Source of the DNA: Selaginella moellendorffii
Lineage: Eukaryota; Plantae; Lycopodiophyta
Assembly (NCBI RefSeq): GCF_000143415.4
Contig: NW_003314277.1
Span: 135,183-199,182 of the forward strand
Direction: 5' to 3'
DNA: 64,000 nt
Part shown: piece by piece, positions 1-13,630 of the stretch
How positions within the stretch are numbered: position 1 is the stretch's first letter
Layout of the letters: every line of letters begins with the position of its first letter
Made by a program: the position numbers and the translations under genes
Notes under the pieces: model-generated
What the model was told of the DNA's origin: nothing
The model's input: only the letters and a program-made list of their open reading frames with translations
Database searches by the model: none

Positions 1-1
1 A

Positions 2-1039
2 AAGCGGCATCAAAAATTACTCGAGACGGCACTGCAGCTTGATGCTGCAGGTCACTCTAGAGCATCCCCTGGTAAATTCCTCCTGGGTGAGCTTCTTTTC
101 GAGATCCAAAGGCACGGCAGCGCTTACGGCAGTCTCAAAGGAAGTACGCGGGCATGGCTCCTCACGGCTTTGCTCTCCAACTTACTCGCGCGATTCTCTC
201 CAAAGCCCGGAGAGCTCATCGACGGAGAACCACGGAAGTACAAAGCCAAAGCCACCTCCGCTCGCTGCGAGCAGGAGCTTAACGACGTGATCAAATGCCA
301 CACTCACGATTTCAAGCTAGACAAGAGTCTTCCCAGCGCTGTTCTTGTGGTGGTGCAAGGCGGGAGGGACGAAACCAAGTGGCCGGACTGCATGTACCAG
401 GCACTGAGCCAGACGGGCATGGGGGCAGCGATCAGGAACTCGTCGGCAAACAGGCTCCACTGCCTGGTGCTCGGCGATGGCTGGTGGGGCTGTGCAGAGA
501 TCCATCCTCTCGGCTACGTGATGGTCAAGCCTGGCAAGCCCGGAAACAAGATCTCGAGCAGCAGCGTCAAGGAATTCAGACGTCAGCTTGAATCCAAAGG
601 GACGATCAAAAGCGGTAGTGCCAAGCTCCTCTGGGAGAGCTTCCAGCGCTATCCAGACAAGAAGAGCTTGTTGGTGGAGCTGGAGGAACGAGTGAGGCTG
701 CGAACCGAGGAGGCGGCCAGGGCACTCAACGCCAGGCTCGTTTTCGACAAGATTGTGCACAACGAGGATATCGAACGCAGCTTCTCGCCTGTGACTGAGA
801 AGAGAAGACTGCTGCTCGTAGGAGCGATTGTTTGTGACAGCACGGTCTACGAGAGCAGCATTCTGAGCTTCCCGGTGGCGCACAAGGTAAGCGCCAATGA
901 CAAGCTTCTTGTTTCGGGTCTCCTCCGGATGTTTTTTGGCAACCGGGTGCTGCACTGGACGCTCCCCGGGATCCAGACACTGGTTGCCACACGCGACAAA
1001 GAGCTTAAAGAAAGAGTGAATGGCGTGCTAATGCCGTAG
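2..1039 (+). CDS. Intronless ORF of unknown function, 5'-truncated by the window edge (>345 aa)
   Basis: The frame is open from position 2 to TAG at 1037-1039, with GC-rich coding-like composition. The listed start at 170 is a TTG, so the true start lies upstream of the window. Confidence 0.7.
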   Translation, partial: KRHQKLLETALQLDAAGHSRASPGKFLLGELLFEIQRHGSAYGSLKGSTRAWLLTALLSNLLARFSPKPGELIDGEPRKYKAKATSARCEQELNDVIKCHTHDFKLDKSLPSAVLVVVQGGRDETKWPDCMYQALSQTGMGAAIRNSSANRLHCLVLGDGWWGCAEIHPLGYVMVKPGKPGNKISSSSVKEFRRQLESKGTIKSGSAKLLWESFQRYPDKKSLLVELEERVRLRTEEAARALNARLVFDKIVHNEDIERSFSPVTEKRRLLLVGAIVCDSTVYESSILSFPVAHKVSANDKLLVSGLLRMFFGNRVLHWTLPGIQTLVATRDKELKERVNGVLMP

Positions 1040-1145
1040 ACTTTGTTACGTTGGCGTAGAGTTTCGTGCTGCCGAGAATCGATAGCCATGAACAATTGAA
1101 CAACCATCACGACGAAATGGTCGAAGTTTGAGATCTTGCTTAGAA

Positions 1146-3017
1146 CTAGGAGACCATCATGTTGGCTGCAAGGACATAACCAGTAGCTCCTCTCGGATCC
1201 TTGTCAATGACATTCTTGGCAACGAAATTCCCAAACTCAACGGAGGATCTGTAGCTCCTACATGCCCCCAAGAGGCACTTCCAGTCCACAGTCTCGGGCT
1301 CGAAGGGCATGGTTTTGAGCAGCTCCTGGGCAGAATGCAAATACCCGGCTCTCCCCAAGACATCGATCATGCACCGAAAGTGGAGCTTCACGGGCTGTAC
1401 ATGGAAGTCCATCTCTATCGACACGAAGCAAGATCTTGCCGCGTAGACGCTGCCAACGTGGCTGCATGCCACGAGCGCACAGCCAAAGCATCCATCCACG
1501 GACACGTCCATGGCGTTCATGGAGTGGAAAACGTATAGTGCCTCGTCGGACCTGCCGTTCTGTGCGTAAGCTGCAAGCAGTGTGGTCCATGCAACCACGT
1601 CCCTTTCGGGCATACGCAAGAACAAGGACCCGCAACGACAAAAATGCCCATTAAGGGCAAATGCGGTCATAAAAGCAGTCCACGACACCAAATCATGATT
1701 TGTACCACTTTCAAACAGATATTTGGCTTCTACTACACATCCATTTTCCGCAAACGCGCTGAACATTGCTGTTTTTATTTCAGTGCTCTCAATATGTGCA
1801 GCTCTGGAAAATTGTCTTGCCTCGTCTAGGTGCCCCATTCGGCGTATGCAGAAATTAATGCGCATAATGGTACAGTGTTTTGCTCCGGCGTAGTTTCAAA
1901 ATAGATTCTCGCTTCCTCCAATTGGCCCCTGCAAGCAAGAAACGATACCACAATATTCCAGGATACCATATTTTTGAAAAGGTCCATGACTCGCTCAAAA
2001 TCCCCATTCGTGGCATATGCAGTCAAAAGTATGTTCCACGTTACAATATCTTTTTCCAAAATATAATTGATCATGATTTAATTGCTGCATTCTATTAGCT
2101 TTCGCCAAGGCTGCTAGCACAGCATTGCATGCCAAAGTGTTCCAATACGGCATGCAATACAGCAATCGTAAGGATTCTTCCAAATACCCATACTGGGCAG
2201 CTGCGACAACTATGGTTGTCCACGACACTATATCTTTCCATGGCATCCGGTTAAATATTTTTTTTGCCTGATCTAGGTGGTCATTGTTACTATACGCAGC
2301 CAAGTAAGCATTCCATGCCACGAGGTCGTGCTCTGGCATCTGTAGAAAGATACTTTGAGCATATTCTGGTTATCCGGCGTCGGCAGATGCTCTGACCATG
2401 GAAGTCCACGAGGCTAGATTGCCCTCCGGCATGTCCTCAAACACGAGCTTGGCAGCATCTAATTTGCCGCAGTCTAAGTAGAGACCCAGCATTGTGTTCC
2501 AAGAAACTAATTCCTCTGGGGCATGTTCTCCCAAACCTTTTGGGCATCATTTGGCATGGCCATTGCGGAATCTCTCGGCCTGGTTTGCGAGCCGGATCGT
2601 GGCGTACGCCGCAAGCAAAGTATTGAAGCATACAAGATCTCGTTCGGGCATCATCTCAAAGATATGCTCTGCTAGAGAGAGCGAGCCGGCTCGAGCGTAC
2701 GCTGCGAGCATCGCAGTCCACGGCACAAGATTGTGCAAAGGCATAAGATGAAGCAGTTCTCGGGCGCTATCAAGATGCCCAGCTTGGGCATAAGCAGAGA
2801 TAATGGTGGACCATGAAATGAGATTCGGCTGAGGTATGCTCTCAAAGGTTTGATGGGCTAAATCTAGCAATTGGTATCGTGAACATGCCGCGAGAATTGC
2901 ATTACAGCATGCAGTATCTAGCTGAGGCATTCTTTCGAAGCCATGTTTCGCGTCCAGCAATTGCCCTTTCCTGGCATAATCACAGATCGTAACCGTGCTC
3001 GATGATATAGAGGCCAT
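1146..3017 (-). pseudogene. PLS/E-class pentatricopeptide repeat (PPR) gene, disrupted
   Basis: Successive ORFs carry PPR motifs (MPERDLVCFNTLLAAYA, MPERDVVAWTTLLAAYAQNG) and a C-terminal E region (HFRCMIDVLGRAG...MPFEPETVDWKCLLGACR...GYVLAAN). The frame is broken into at least four ORFs by stops and frameshifts. Confidence 0.85.
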
Positions 3018-3146
3018 TTTATCGCATTGTTTTTGCCACGCCTTGTGTGCAAGGTATGTAGCTTTCCATTGACGTGAAAAATGGCTGTTTCACATAGTAA
3101 GTTGTTATTACGGTTTAAGCATGATGAATCATTCTTATACACATAT

Positions 3147-3878
3147 TTATAATGTATTATTGAATAGGTAGTCGATTTGGTTCTGGTAGCGCATTAAAAT
3201 GGTGTCCCTGCGAAGCTTCGTTGTCGGTGTCAATAGCCCATTCTCCATCTGAAAAAGATACAACCCATTTCAGCCAGTTAAATTTACTGTGAATGGTTCA
3301 TTCACGATGACAAAGGGCCCAATCTGGAAAGAACAACTTGACGTACTGCACATAGAATCCAAACATATTAGATGTAGCCGAAGAGCTCCCGTATATGATA
3401 TACGGGAGCGTATATCATACCATCTTTGAAGTTCTTCTCGAACCAAACTCTTCAAATCATTTGCAGATGTGGCTGCTGTATCCTTGCTTGCAACTATCAG
3501 TGCTCCAAGGCGCCTTTGGTCCTGTACAGACAGCAAAAGTACGTTAGATGAATCTCACAAAACAAAACCAAGGAATACAAAGTACCTGACCGACAACCAT
3601 GATTTGATCAATAAGACTGCTTTGCAGTGCTGCCTCTTCAATCTCTGTTGGCTCCACATTCTCGCCTGAAAAATGATTCTCATGAATACTTGAGAAAAGC
3701 AAACGCTTACACCATAACCTGTTGAGAGAACACTAGTTTCTTTTGCACGCCCCTCCAAGACTAACATTCCTCCACATTTTCTAGCAGCGCCAGTTTTCCA
3801 CACTGGGGCGACCCAGCCAAGATCACCCGTGTCAAGCCAGCCATCACCGTCTATGGCTTTTTGTGTTGCATCGGGATT
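3147..3878 (-). pseudogene. 3' exons of an AAE15/AAE16-like long-chain acyl-activating enzyme
   Basis: Spliced minus-strand translation gives NPDATQKAIDGDGWLDTGDLG...GGMLVLEGRAKE...ENVEPTEIEEAALQSSLIDQIMVVGQ|DQRRLGALIV...FQIGPFVIVNEPFT|MENGLLTPTTKLRRD with GT-AG introns. No 5' exons are present on this strand. Confidence 0.75.
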
Positions 3879-4085
3879 CTACGCGACAACAAAACTGAGC
3901 GAGATGTGATGCAAGAGTGAAACTCGAAAGCAATGGACCACGAACCATCACTATTCCTTTGTTTCCATTAGTCAAGGTTTTCCTGCTTTCGGGATCCCCA
4001 AGAAGTTAGAACGAGAGCATGCGCAGCACCACAACGCACAGCACTAACAGCTCCCAAAAGGACGGAGCCGCGTCCTCCTGTTGTG

Positions 4086-4260
4086 AATGGTTATGGATTG
4101 ACAGAGTCCTCTCCCGTAGTGTCAACTCGAGCTTTTTCCGACAATGTAAGTTCTATTCGAGCTGCTCACACAGAGACTCCAACATGATTATGTTTTCTTG
4201 CTCTCAGGTTCTCGGAACAGTTGGAATGCCTCTTCCAGAAACTGAAGTAAAAATTGTTGC
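4086..4260 (+). pseudogene. Two middle exons of an AAE15-like acyl-activating enzyme, in the opposite orientation
   Basis: NGYGLTESSPVVSTRAFSDN | gtaag...tctcag | VLGTVGMPLPETEVKIV, containing the AMP-binding family GYGLTE motif. Confidence 0.7.
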
Positions 4261-4299
4261 TCTCGCTGCTCGTTTTCAAGTTCTGGAAGCGCGCCAAAG

Positions 4300-5800
4300 G
4301 GATGACGAGTTTTCGCGCAGCGACGACAATCCACACTCACAGCTTTCACGCAGCCCAGCAGGGAGTGCTCGTTTTGCTGCATCCACATCATCAAGACAAG
4401 TAAGCATTTTCCATGGCTGGAAACCAGGTTTCCAAGCGCTTGGAGGTTGTCTCTGAGCTCCTTATCGCAAGCTCAATCCAGGAGTCGCGCATGGCCATGG
4501 CTTGTCTTGGTTATGGCCGCTACCCAGCTATACAGTGTTTGCTCATGATCTTGCTTCAGCAGCAGAGTCATGACGATGGTGTGCTCAACAGGTCCAATGA
4601 GGTAAGCTTTCTCGCGTACGCTGGTAAAGCACACAAGAGAAGCCAAGTGTACATTCCTCGACCTCAATCAAGATATATCGGGCTCACAACTCTACGGCTA
4701 AGACTTTATGCCTCTGCAGCGTCAATCGGTGATCATCAAGGGATCATGGGGCAGTGCAATCTTCACGCTCCAGAGCTCGGCTTTATTCCCGGATGTGGAT
4801 CGAAGTCCTGCAACTCTAGCGTAAGAATACTCTCCATACTCCTTGGCTCAGTGGTTCCGAGTCCGGCATACTCTTTTCCACTAAATGTAAGTCTATCTTT
4901 TCCTGGTTCCACACTTAACACTTGGCTTCTATAGGTTGCGTAGCCGGAGCTGGCAAGTGGTGCTCGTTCTCTCTTCTGGTGATCTTTCCCCGTGGACTTG
5001 TGTGGAGCTCCAGGTGCCGAGTTATCCATTACTGTTTGAGTTGGCGGTGCTCAAACTCAACACAGGTATTCCGCAGCTTCCAATCACCCCACTGCTTATC
5101 AAGCTAGTCTGCGTCAACTTTCAAGGAGATTACAGTACTACTAACTGTAAGCTGTTTGTGTTTTTGTTTGCATCATCCTTATCAAGTACTTTGGTTTGAA
5201 TTTCCAGCAATCTATGAGCGGGAAGTACATCGCGACATTGTGCCTGAGCGAGGAAAACAAGAAGCTCCTTGGTTCCTTGGTGCTCGGCTGCTGCTCAACG
5301 ATGATGAAAGCCCTCCATGCTCTTTACGGTTTTGTGGCGCTCTTCCCTCCGGGACTTGTGTTGAGCTCCAGGCGCCGATTTATCCATCACTGATTGAGCG
5401 AGTGTCGCTTTATGAACCATATCGTAAACTGCACTTCAGATTTTCGTTCTTTACGATAATTGACGAGAATTGCTTTGCAGGGTTTACGCACTCAGTGTCT
5501 TGGACATTCTGGACGCTCTAACTGGACGATTTCATACTGGCAAACCCCAGCATTTGCTGGTTATCGGGGAGCAGAGAGTCACACAGATGTTTGGGCCCCG
5601 GAGGGAGTGCTCGTTTTGTGTCATCGACATCAGCAAGATCACGCTCAAGACAAGTAAGATTTTGTCATTCTTTTTATAGAATCATGCCCCTTAGTTTTGT
5701 TTTTTACTGTTTTGACAGTGTCGGGGCTTACTTTCCCGTGGCATGGCAGCCTTCGTGCTTTGGAATCGACACTCCCTGATGATGACGATGCTTATACAGA
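4300..5800 (+). pseudogene. Unidentified degenerate multi-exon gene fragments
   Basis: Coding-like blocks alternate with short T-rich gtaag...ag segments, and there is an internal duplicated block (about 4983-5033 vs 5341-5393). No family recognised. Confidence 0.3.
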
Positions 5801-6131
5801 TTTAAGTACTCTTCCAAATTCCTTGTGGATTTTAGCTCTGAATTTATGTGTTGATTGAGCAGGAGGTCTTTAACATGTTTATTAATCTTATTCACGAGTC
5901 AAAAGGGGGCTGGAAATAATTCACACGTACGTTTGATTTCAATTTCTTTCGATGTTTTTTGGTTCTTTTATATTAATTTGCGAATGCAGGAGCTATAAAT
6001 TAGACTCCTCAAATTTATTGATTATATAAACAGCTGAACCAAGCCCAAGGGATTATAAGAATTTTAAAGAATCATTGTCTTGATTTGTGTGAATTATTTA
6101 TAAGTTGCATTTTTTTATATTTATTATAAAA

Positions 6132-6167
6132 ATGTATATATATATATATATATACACACATATATAT

Positions 6168-6198
<31 letters not shown>

Positions 6199-6225
6199 CA
6201 TATATACATATATATATACATATGT
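6132..6225. repeat. (TA)n/(CATA)n microsatellite
   Basis: Runs of tatatata and catacata are directly visible. Confidence 0.95.
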
Positions 6226-6376
6226 AAAGGAGTTAATGCAATTAGTTTTTTCCCTTTTACCAATTAGTAAATACTCTAAACGTTTCCCCTAGCGAGCATT
6301 ATAAATTTATAAAAACAACTTACGAAGCTAAACGAATTAAAGACATGAAAATATTTTGGCAAGTACTTTCATTAAC

Positions 6377-9300
6377 TGTAGCGCACGTGGTTTTGTCCCT
6401 TTATCCTATAGTAATTTACTATAGGATAACACCACGAAGCGGAACCTAAACCCTCTTTGTGCCACATGACGGATGCAACGTGTCACATGCCACATGTCCA
6501 TGCCACGTGTCCATAGGAACCCGAGGTTCAGGGCCTTGGGCCACTGAACGAAGGAATGGTGCCAAACTCCCAAGCATGGAGCCAAGGAGTGATGGAACCG
6601 AACCACGGAGCAACTCCCGAGCATAAAGCCCAAGGAGCGAAGGGACAGGGGCCTAGAGCGACTTGGAACAGTCCTAGAGTAACCAGCATCCCAATGCCAG
6701 GACCAGCATGCAAAACGGAGCCAAACGGGGTCTGGCGCTATTTCGGTATACCGGTGGCCTAACGCGAGGACATGGGTACTCCACCAACTAGCATGGAATG
6801 GAACTTGGGCTTAGACCCAAGCCGGACGCAGAACAAGGACAAGCACGCAAGCGGGAGCTAGACTATGCCTCAGGTTGGTCGGCCATGCCCGACCTACCCA
6901 CTATCCCTACTATACATTTGGAACCCCCCATAGCCCCCCCCCCTTGAGGAACACACGCTTTGGGCTTTCACCCCAAGCCTACCCTTAGTACCAGGAGTTA
7001 GTCTCTGGGACAAGCGCGAAACTTACTAAATATAGAATGGCGCTAGATTGCGAATTTGGACATGGGACGAACACCATTGTGTTCAGGCCGATCTCTACAT
7101 TCCGTAGATATGCCAAATGAGCGAATCTAGACACTTTCTATAAATAGTATTTGGGACCGAAATAAGACTAACACAAAGGGCATGATAGCGAGGGTGTTTG
7201 GCAGACACGGTAAGCTATCATCTAGCGATATTGAGGGACCAATCTCAATACGCGAGGGTTCTTGTCACTAGCAAGTGCAAGACAAAACGAGACGGGAACT
7301 CCTTACCGGGCTAAGTATGCTTAGCTAATAACACTTAGGAATTCCGTCCTTATGCTCGTCCGGTCTAAGTACACTCGAAATGCCCAGTTAACTCCACTAG
7401 CACAAGAGGGGCTAATAAAGGGTCCAGCAATACCGACCTCTTGCCATCGTGGCAGTAAGGTAAGAGTGTCCGTAAGGACTAGTCTATAAGTAACTTTCAA
7501 TACCCGAAGTCACATGCGCAACACTCTCCCCCCCTAGGGAAGATCGACGTCCTCGTCGATGCACACTCGAGTCTAGAATACCGCCAAGGAAACAACTCTA
7601 GAAAAAGTTCACGGTACTCACACTATGTGAGAAATGCACCAACTTAAATGAGTTAGGGGCAACCTCTTTGTCTAACGCGGATGCACTACCAACTCAGACA
7701 CCTTCCGGCCGTCGCCGACAAGGAAATGACCAACAAAGTTAGCCACCCTTGCTGCGCTGGGAGTCACCCAGCTACAAAAGAGTGATATGCCCCTGCCCGC
7801 AAGGACATAGAGAGAGAAGCCAGAGGCCCCAACCCTCCTAAGCAAAGAAACCAAACCCGTCGGTAAGGTTTAGATAGACTATTATAAACAGGCAGTTAGA
7901 GTTGTTTACACGGTCACGCCCTTTTAACGGAACAAGGAACATCGACAGAGAGGCGGGTGATGTGACCAGTCGACAATAGCTACCCCATGACTAAAGATTT
8001 CAACATGCACACAAAGTGCCGAAGCCAGTTTACTTATACTGGCCCAAACTCAAAGATCAATAGATGGACAATATCAAAGTCAGAGACAATGTTATCTTAG
8101 AGACTTAATTACCAGTGAATAAATCTTAAATTAGAACACAAAAGTATTCTAAGTAAGGTATCATCTGATAAACTAGTAGTATAGTAGATAGGAACCACCA
8201 AGATCATCAAAATTGGTAAACACAGAATGTACCATCCAACAAAATTCAATAGGTAGTATATCATCAAGGAAACTCAATGATGAAACTGAACTACCGAAAA
8301 TGGCAGACAGTATGCCAAATAACTTACTAAAGATAACTCATAGCACATAAAGGATCATCGACTAGCAAGCAAAATGCTCGCGAATGTATCACCCGAAGGA
8401 AATAACATCCGAATCTATCAAAGTGAACTCAAGCAATAATCAACAGAATAGAATGAATGTTCCATGGCTAACAAACACTCGTTCATGCCAACTATCACAC
8501 GAGCCAATCTGAATAGACCCCGGTCAACAATACCAAGGAACTAGAGTTGCTCTAGCAAGTGTCAGCAACATCCTATCGATGTCTCAAACCCAAGAGACCA
8601 ATCCAGAGCAAACCATAAAGAACATGTGGTATTGCAAAAAGCCAAAAGCTATCAAAGAGAACAACTAACCATCATGAAAGATCATTAATCATCCCATCAA
8701 AAAGATATGCTAAATCATCGTCAAGCAAGAATCTACCATCCCGAAGAATAGCAAATAATTCCAGACTAACAATAATCAAGCAAAACTTTTGACAAGGATA
8801 ATCAATATCCTAGATGACAGTCAATCATTACCAATGATTGCCAGATGCAAGAGCCAACTTCAACATCGAAGCTAACAAGCCAAAATGCCTTCCCCAACAA
8901 CTCCTAACAAATGGAACAATGAGCATAAAAACTCAAGGAACCAAAAGTTTGAAGAAGCCTATAGCCAAGTCTTGCCTAACAATGATCACAAGTCTTGTAT
9001 GAACTAACTTCAATGCTAAAGAAGAAATCATGGTACAACCCACAATATTCTCCTCAACACATCCATAAGCTAAATTTCATAATACCAAAGCTAATGAAGA
9101 GCATATCTGCATCAATCCAAAAGCTAAGCATAATGAAGCGATGCTCAACAAGTGATCACCAAACGATCCTCCATGAATCCATCTATAGCAAGACGTAACT
9201 CACTTCATAACAAGCACAAGAAGAATCATCAAGGATCAATATATCCCAACTCAAATCCAACAAGGACTTGATCACTTCAATATTGATCACTAACTCTTCC

Positions 9301-12300
9301 ACTTGTAGAGTTAGCATAGTTCACGACTGAATCACTTTTCAAGGAAAAGCCAAAGCTCAACCTTTACTACATAATTTTGTCTAGAACACAACTAACTCAA
9401 ACTTGCCACTCAACTCGTTTGAACGTCAATATAGTTGCTAACTAGCAGGTGCGCGAATGCTAATAACACAAAGCTAAAACCAAATCATCAACACTATCTC
9501 TATCAAGACTAATGAAACTCAATATCAATCCTAAGGATAGACATCTCATTTCACTCGAATCTCAACATTAACAATGTCAACGACAAAGCACCACTTCAAT
9601 GCCATCAACACCATAACAAAGCTAGAAGAAAGCAAGAGTGAATCACCACTCAAAACTCTCTTGCAACCAAACTAACCAAAGTCAAAGATACTTTACTCAG
9701 TATCCAAAACTAATCCTTCAACAATACTCAGCTACAAATAACACTTCCTCAAGGAATGAATCACCACATCCAAGACTCCATGAAATCCAACACTATGAAC
9801 TAAATGCAACCAAATGATATAAACAGAGGTAGAGTCAATATACCAACATGGAAAACCATATAAGTCTAATGACATGATCCTCCGCAACACCATTCGATAA
9901 AGCAAGCCCATCACTGCTGAATCATCATCAAGTGAAGCAAGTGTCACAGTCTTCGACAAAATCTACAAGCAATCACTAGTCGCAAAGCAACTAACAATCA
10001 CTCGTTCAACTTGCCTTCACAAGACCCAAACACTAAACTCATGCCATCGAGTCATATACTTGTCCAACATGAACGTAATACCTCATGGACGAAATAAAGG
10101 TTCATAGACAAGCACAAACTAAATGACCACTCGAATCCAACTCAACCGTGATAAACTCACCAATGCATTTAGCCACTAGCTCTGAGCATGCCTTGAAGAG
10201 GCTAGCTATACATGATCAACACTAAGTCAAAACTCAAGTGAAGACCATGAGATGGACTCATGTCAGTACACAACATCCACTTAGACAAAGCTATAGTATG
10301 GGTACTAACATCTCAACCGCAAACAACTAAATTGGACATCACTATCCTCAGCCAAGGTGTAGGGCTACCAAGACTAAGTCAAGATCAGTGAGAGCTCACT
10401 ACTCTCATAGAGTCTAACGAAATGCAAGGTGCAACCTGCCACCAAGCAGAACGCAAGAAGAAAGGCACAAGGGTCACCCTTCTTAGAAAAGTGCAACGGC
10501 CACTTTTCTACACCAACTCCAGACTCTATCCAACTCAATTGCCCTAGCCCCAAAAGTCAGCATCCCTTTTGGGCCGCATCATACAAACTACTTACTAAGG
10601 TCTAAGCCAACCGAAGTCAACTCCAATCCCTTCACTAGTTTGTACTGGCTTTCGAAAACGGAATGGTTTTTGAGCAAAGTGATAACAGATCAGCCATTGG
10701 AAAAGTCTAAGAAAATTTGTGGAGAATTTTCCAATCCTAGAGAAAGAATGACTCTCGGTCTAGGAATACAAACTTCCAAGACTCAACCAACTTCCTCCTA
10801 TTAACAACTTCACATATGTTCACCTCAACACAAATTCTCATGACCCATAATATGCCTAAGCATTGAACATCTCTTTTTGCCCATACTTTCGACATTTAAC
10901 ACCGACATCCGTAAAATGCAAAGTAAACATCCAAGGCTTGATCACGAAGACCAGATTTTCGGATATCCACATTGCACTAACACTCTTCTTCAACCACCTT
11001 CAAGATCCAATCTGAAGCTAAAACACTAACAAGAAAATGATATGGAAAATCAAGCTCTAAGGAAACTTCCTCATCACTTAAAATAACAATGCCACTTCCA
11101 CTAACACAAGTGCTAGCAATGTCAATGCCTCAACTACACACCTTCTCCATGCAATAATCTACTTCAAGTGCTAACGGATCAACTAACAAGCCATAGCAAG
11201 TGAATGCTATAACCTTTTTCCAACACCTAATGGGCAAACCCTCAAGAAGCAAGGAACCAACTTAAGCTTAGCATACTGGACCACCATTGAGAATCCAGCC
11301 AAGGCTACTACAATGCTATTTCGTGTAAGTAGACTAGCGTCACTATCAACCACTTTGGGGTTGATCATCGTTTAACCAAGCAACTTCGTAAACACATTGC
11401 TCATTATCACATAGATATGATATGGAAATCACAATGTCTTGATCATCAATCAAGCAACACCACGAGCAATGCCAATGTCATTATTTCAAAGGTTTATGTG
11501 AGCATCAAGTGTCAACTCGATTCGACAAAATGTAACATAAATATCACACTCCATCAATAGAGATATCACTACAACACTTAACACTACTAACTTTTGTTCA
11601 CAACACGGACAAGCTCATGCCACTCTCTTTTCGACCAAACTCAACACTAATCCAATACCAAGCTACTCAAGGAGCAATAGCAAGGTTCCCCGGAAAAGAA
11701 TTGAGCATTACAATCCAAGTCTTCCAATAGCAAGCCTAGACAAAATGGTTTAGCGCTTCACCGCTATCCATCCCACAACTCACCATTGTAAAACCATCAT
11801 CTTCAACATACATCAAGATAGGGACTCTTGTTTGCATGATGTGAACACGAGCAATGAGTTAACACTTCATTGCAAATCATCTCTCCAAAAGAAAATGATT
11901 TACGTGTTTGATCCTTCGTCCCTGGTAACTCTCTTTTCAGTCTTATCTTTGACTAAACCTCAAGCTTGCGTTCGCACTGCCTTCAGTTCAATCCAAGAAA
12001 AGTTTATGAGAGAGCACGGCAATGACTACTTGAAGCAATAGACTAGTCCCTACAGTCTTGATTGATCCACTTATAATCATACCTAAGAAGGATCCACCAG
12101 TGCCGTGCTAAACAGTTACAGACCAGCCTATTTGCCACTCACAGCAAACCCAGGGAAAGTTTACTTTCACCTATGGTGCAAGGAACAACTTATGGAACCA
12201 CCGATAGGCTAACATTAATCTTGCCAACTTAAAGTGTAACCTTGAGTTGCTAATATGCCTCACTCACGAGCCCAAGCACTAGCTCGTGCAAACGGAACAT

Positions 12301-13630
12301 CTCCAATCCATCCTATGAGCCCAAGCGCAAGCTCAACAAGGCAACAATATCCATACCTAAGGAACCAATGTGAACCCTTTGCACCAAACGTGTACCCACT
12401 CGGATCATCGTTTTCATCTCTGCGTATGCAACGAGACTAGTTGCCCAATCTCATTGAATAGTACTCGCTGAGACTCATATCTCTGATACCAAATGTAGCG
12501 CACGTGGTTTTGTCCCTTTATCCTATGGTAATTTACTATAGGATAACACCACGAAGCGGAACCTAAACCCTCTTTGTGCCACGTGACAGATGCCACGTGT
12601 CACATGCCACATGTCCATAGGAACCCGAGGTTCAAGGCCTTAGGCCAATGAACGAAGGAACGGTGCCAAACTCCCAAGCATGTAGCCAAGGAGTGATGGA
12701 ACCGAACCACAGAGCAACTCCCGAGCATAAAGCCCAAGGAGCGAAGGGACAGGGGCCCAGAGCGACTTGGAACAGTCCTAGAGTAACCAACATCCCAATG
12801 CCAGGACCAGCATGCAAAACGGAGCCAAACGGGGTCTGGCGCTATTTCAGTATACCGGTGGCCTAACGCGAGAACATGGGTACTCCACCAACTAGCATGG
12901 AATGGAACTTGGGCTTAGACCCAAGCCGGACGCAAAACAAGGACAGGCACGCAAGTGGGAGCTAGACTATGCCTCAGGTTGGTCGGCCATACCCGACCTA
13001 CCCACTATCCCTACTTTACATTTGGAACCCCCCATAGCCCCCCCCCCCCCCTCGAGGAACACACGCTTTAGGCTTTCACCCCAAGCCTCCCTTAGTATCA
13101 GGAGTTAGTCTCTGGGACAAACTCGAAACTTACTAAATATGGAATGGCGCTAGATTGCGAATTTGGACACGGGACGAACACCATTGTGTTCAGGCCAATA
13201 TCTACATTCCGTAGATATGCCAAATGAGCAAATCTGGACACTTTCCATAAATAGCATTTGGGACCGAAATGAGACTAACACAAAAGGCATGATAGCGAGG
13301 GTGTTTGGCAGACACGGTAAGCTATCATCCAGCGATATTGAGGGACCAATCTCAATACGCGAGGGTTCTTGTCACTAGCAAGTGCAAGACAAAACGAGAC
13401 GAGAACTCCTTACCGGGCTAAGTATGCTTAGCTAATAACACTTAGGAATTCCGTCCTTATACTCGTCCGGTCTAAGTACACTCGAAATGCCCAGTTAACT
13501 CCACTAGCACAAGAGGGGCTAATAAAGGGTCCAGCAATACCGACCTCTTGCCATCGTGGCAGTAAGGTAAGAGTGTCCGTAAGGACTAGTCTACAGGTAA
13601 CTTTCGATACCCGAAGTCACATGCGCGACA
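6377..13630 (-). mobile_element. Full-length non-autonomous LTR retroelement (LARD-like, probably Gypsy-derived), copy 1
   Basis: LTRs 6377-7523 and 12494-13630 (TGTAGC...ACA); TSD TTAAC at 6372-6376 and 13631-13635; tRNA-iMet PBS (minus TGGTATCAGAG, 12481-12491); PPT (minus strand, 7524-7535). The roughly 5-kb interior has no ORF longer than 80 aa. Confidence 0.93.

Noticed and set aside
6406-6762. Short ORFs repeated in the LARD LTRs
   Set aside because: They recur only because the LTR is repeated; they are not preserved intact across copies and show no protein motifs.
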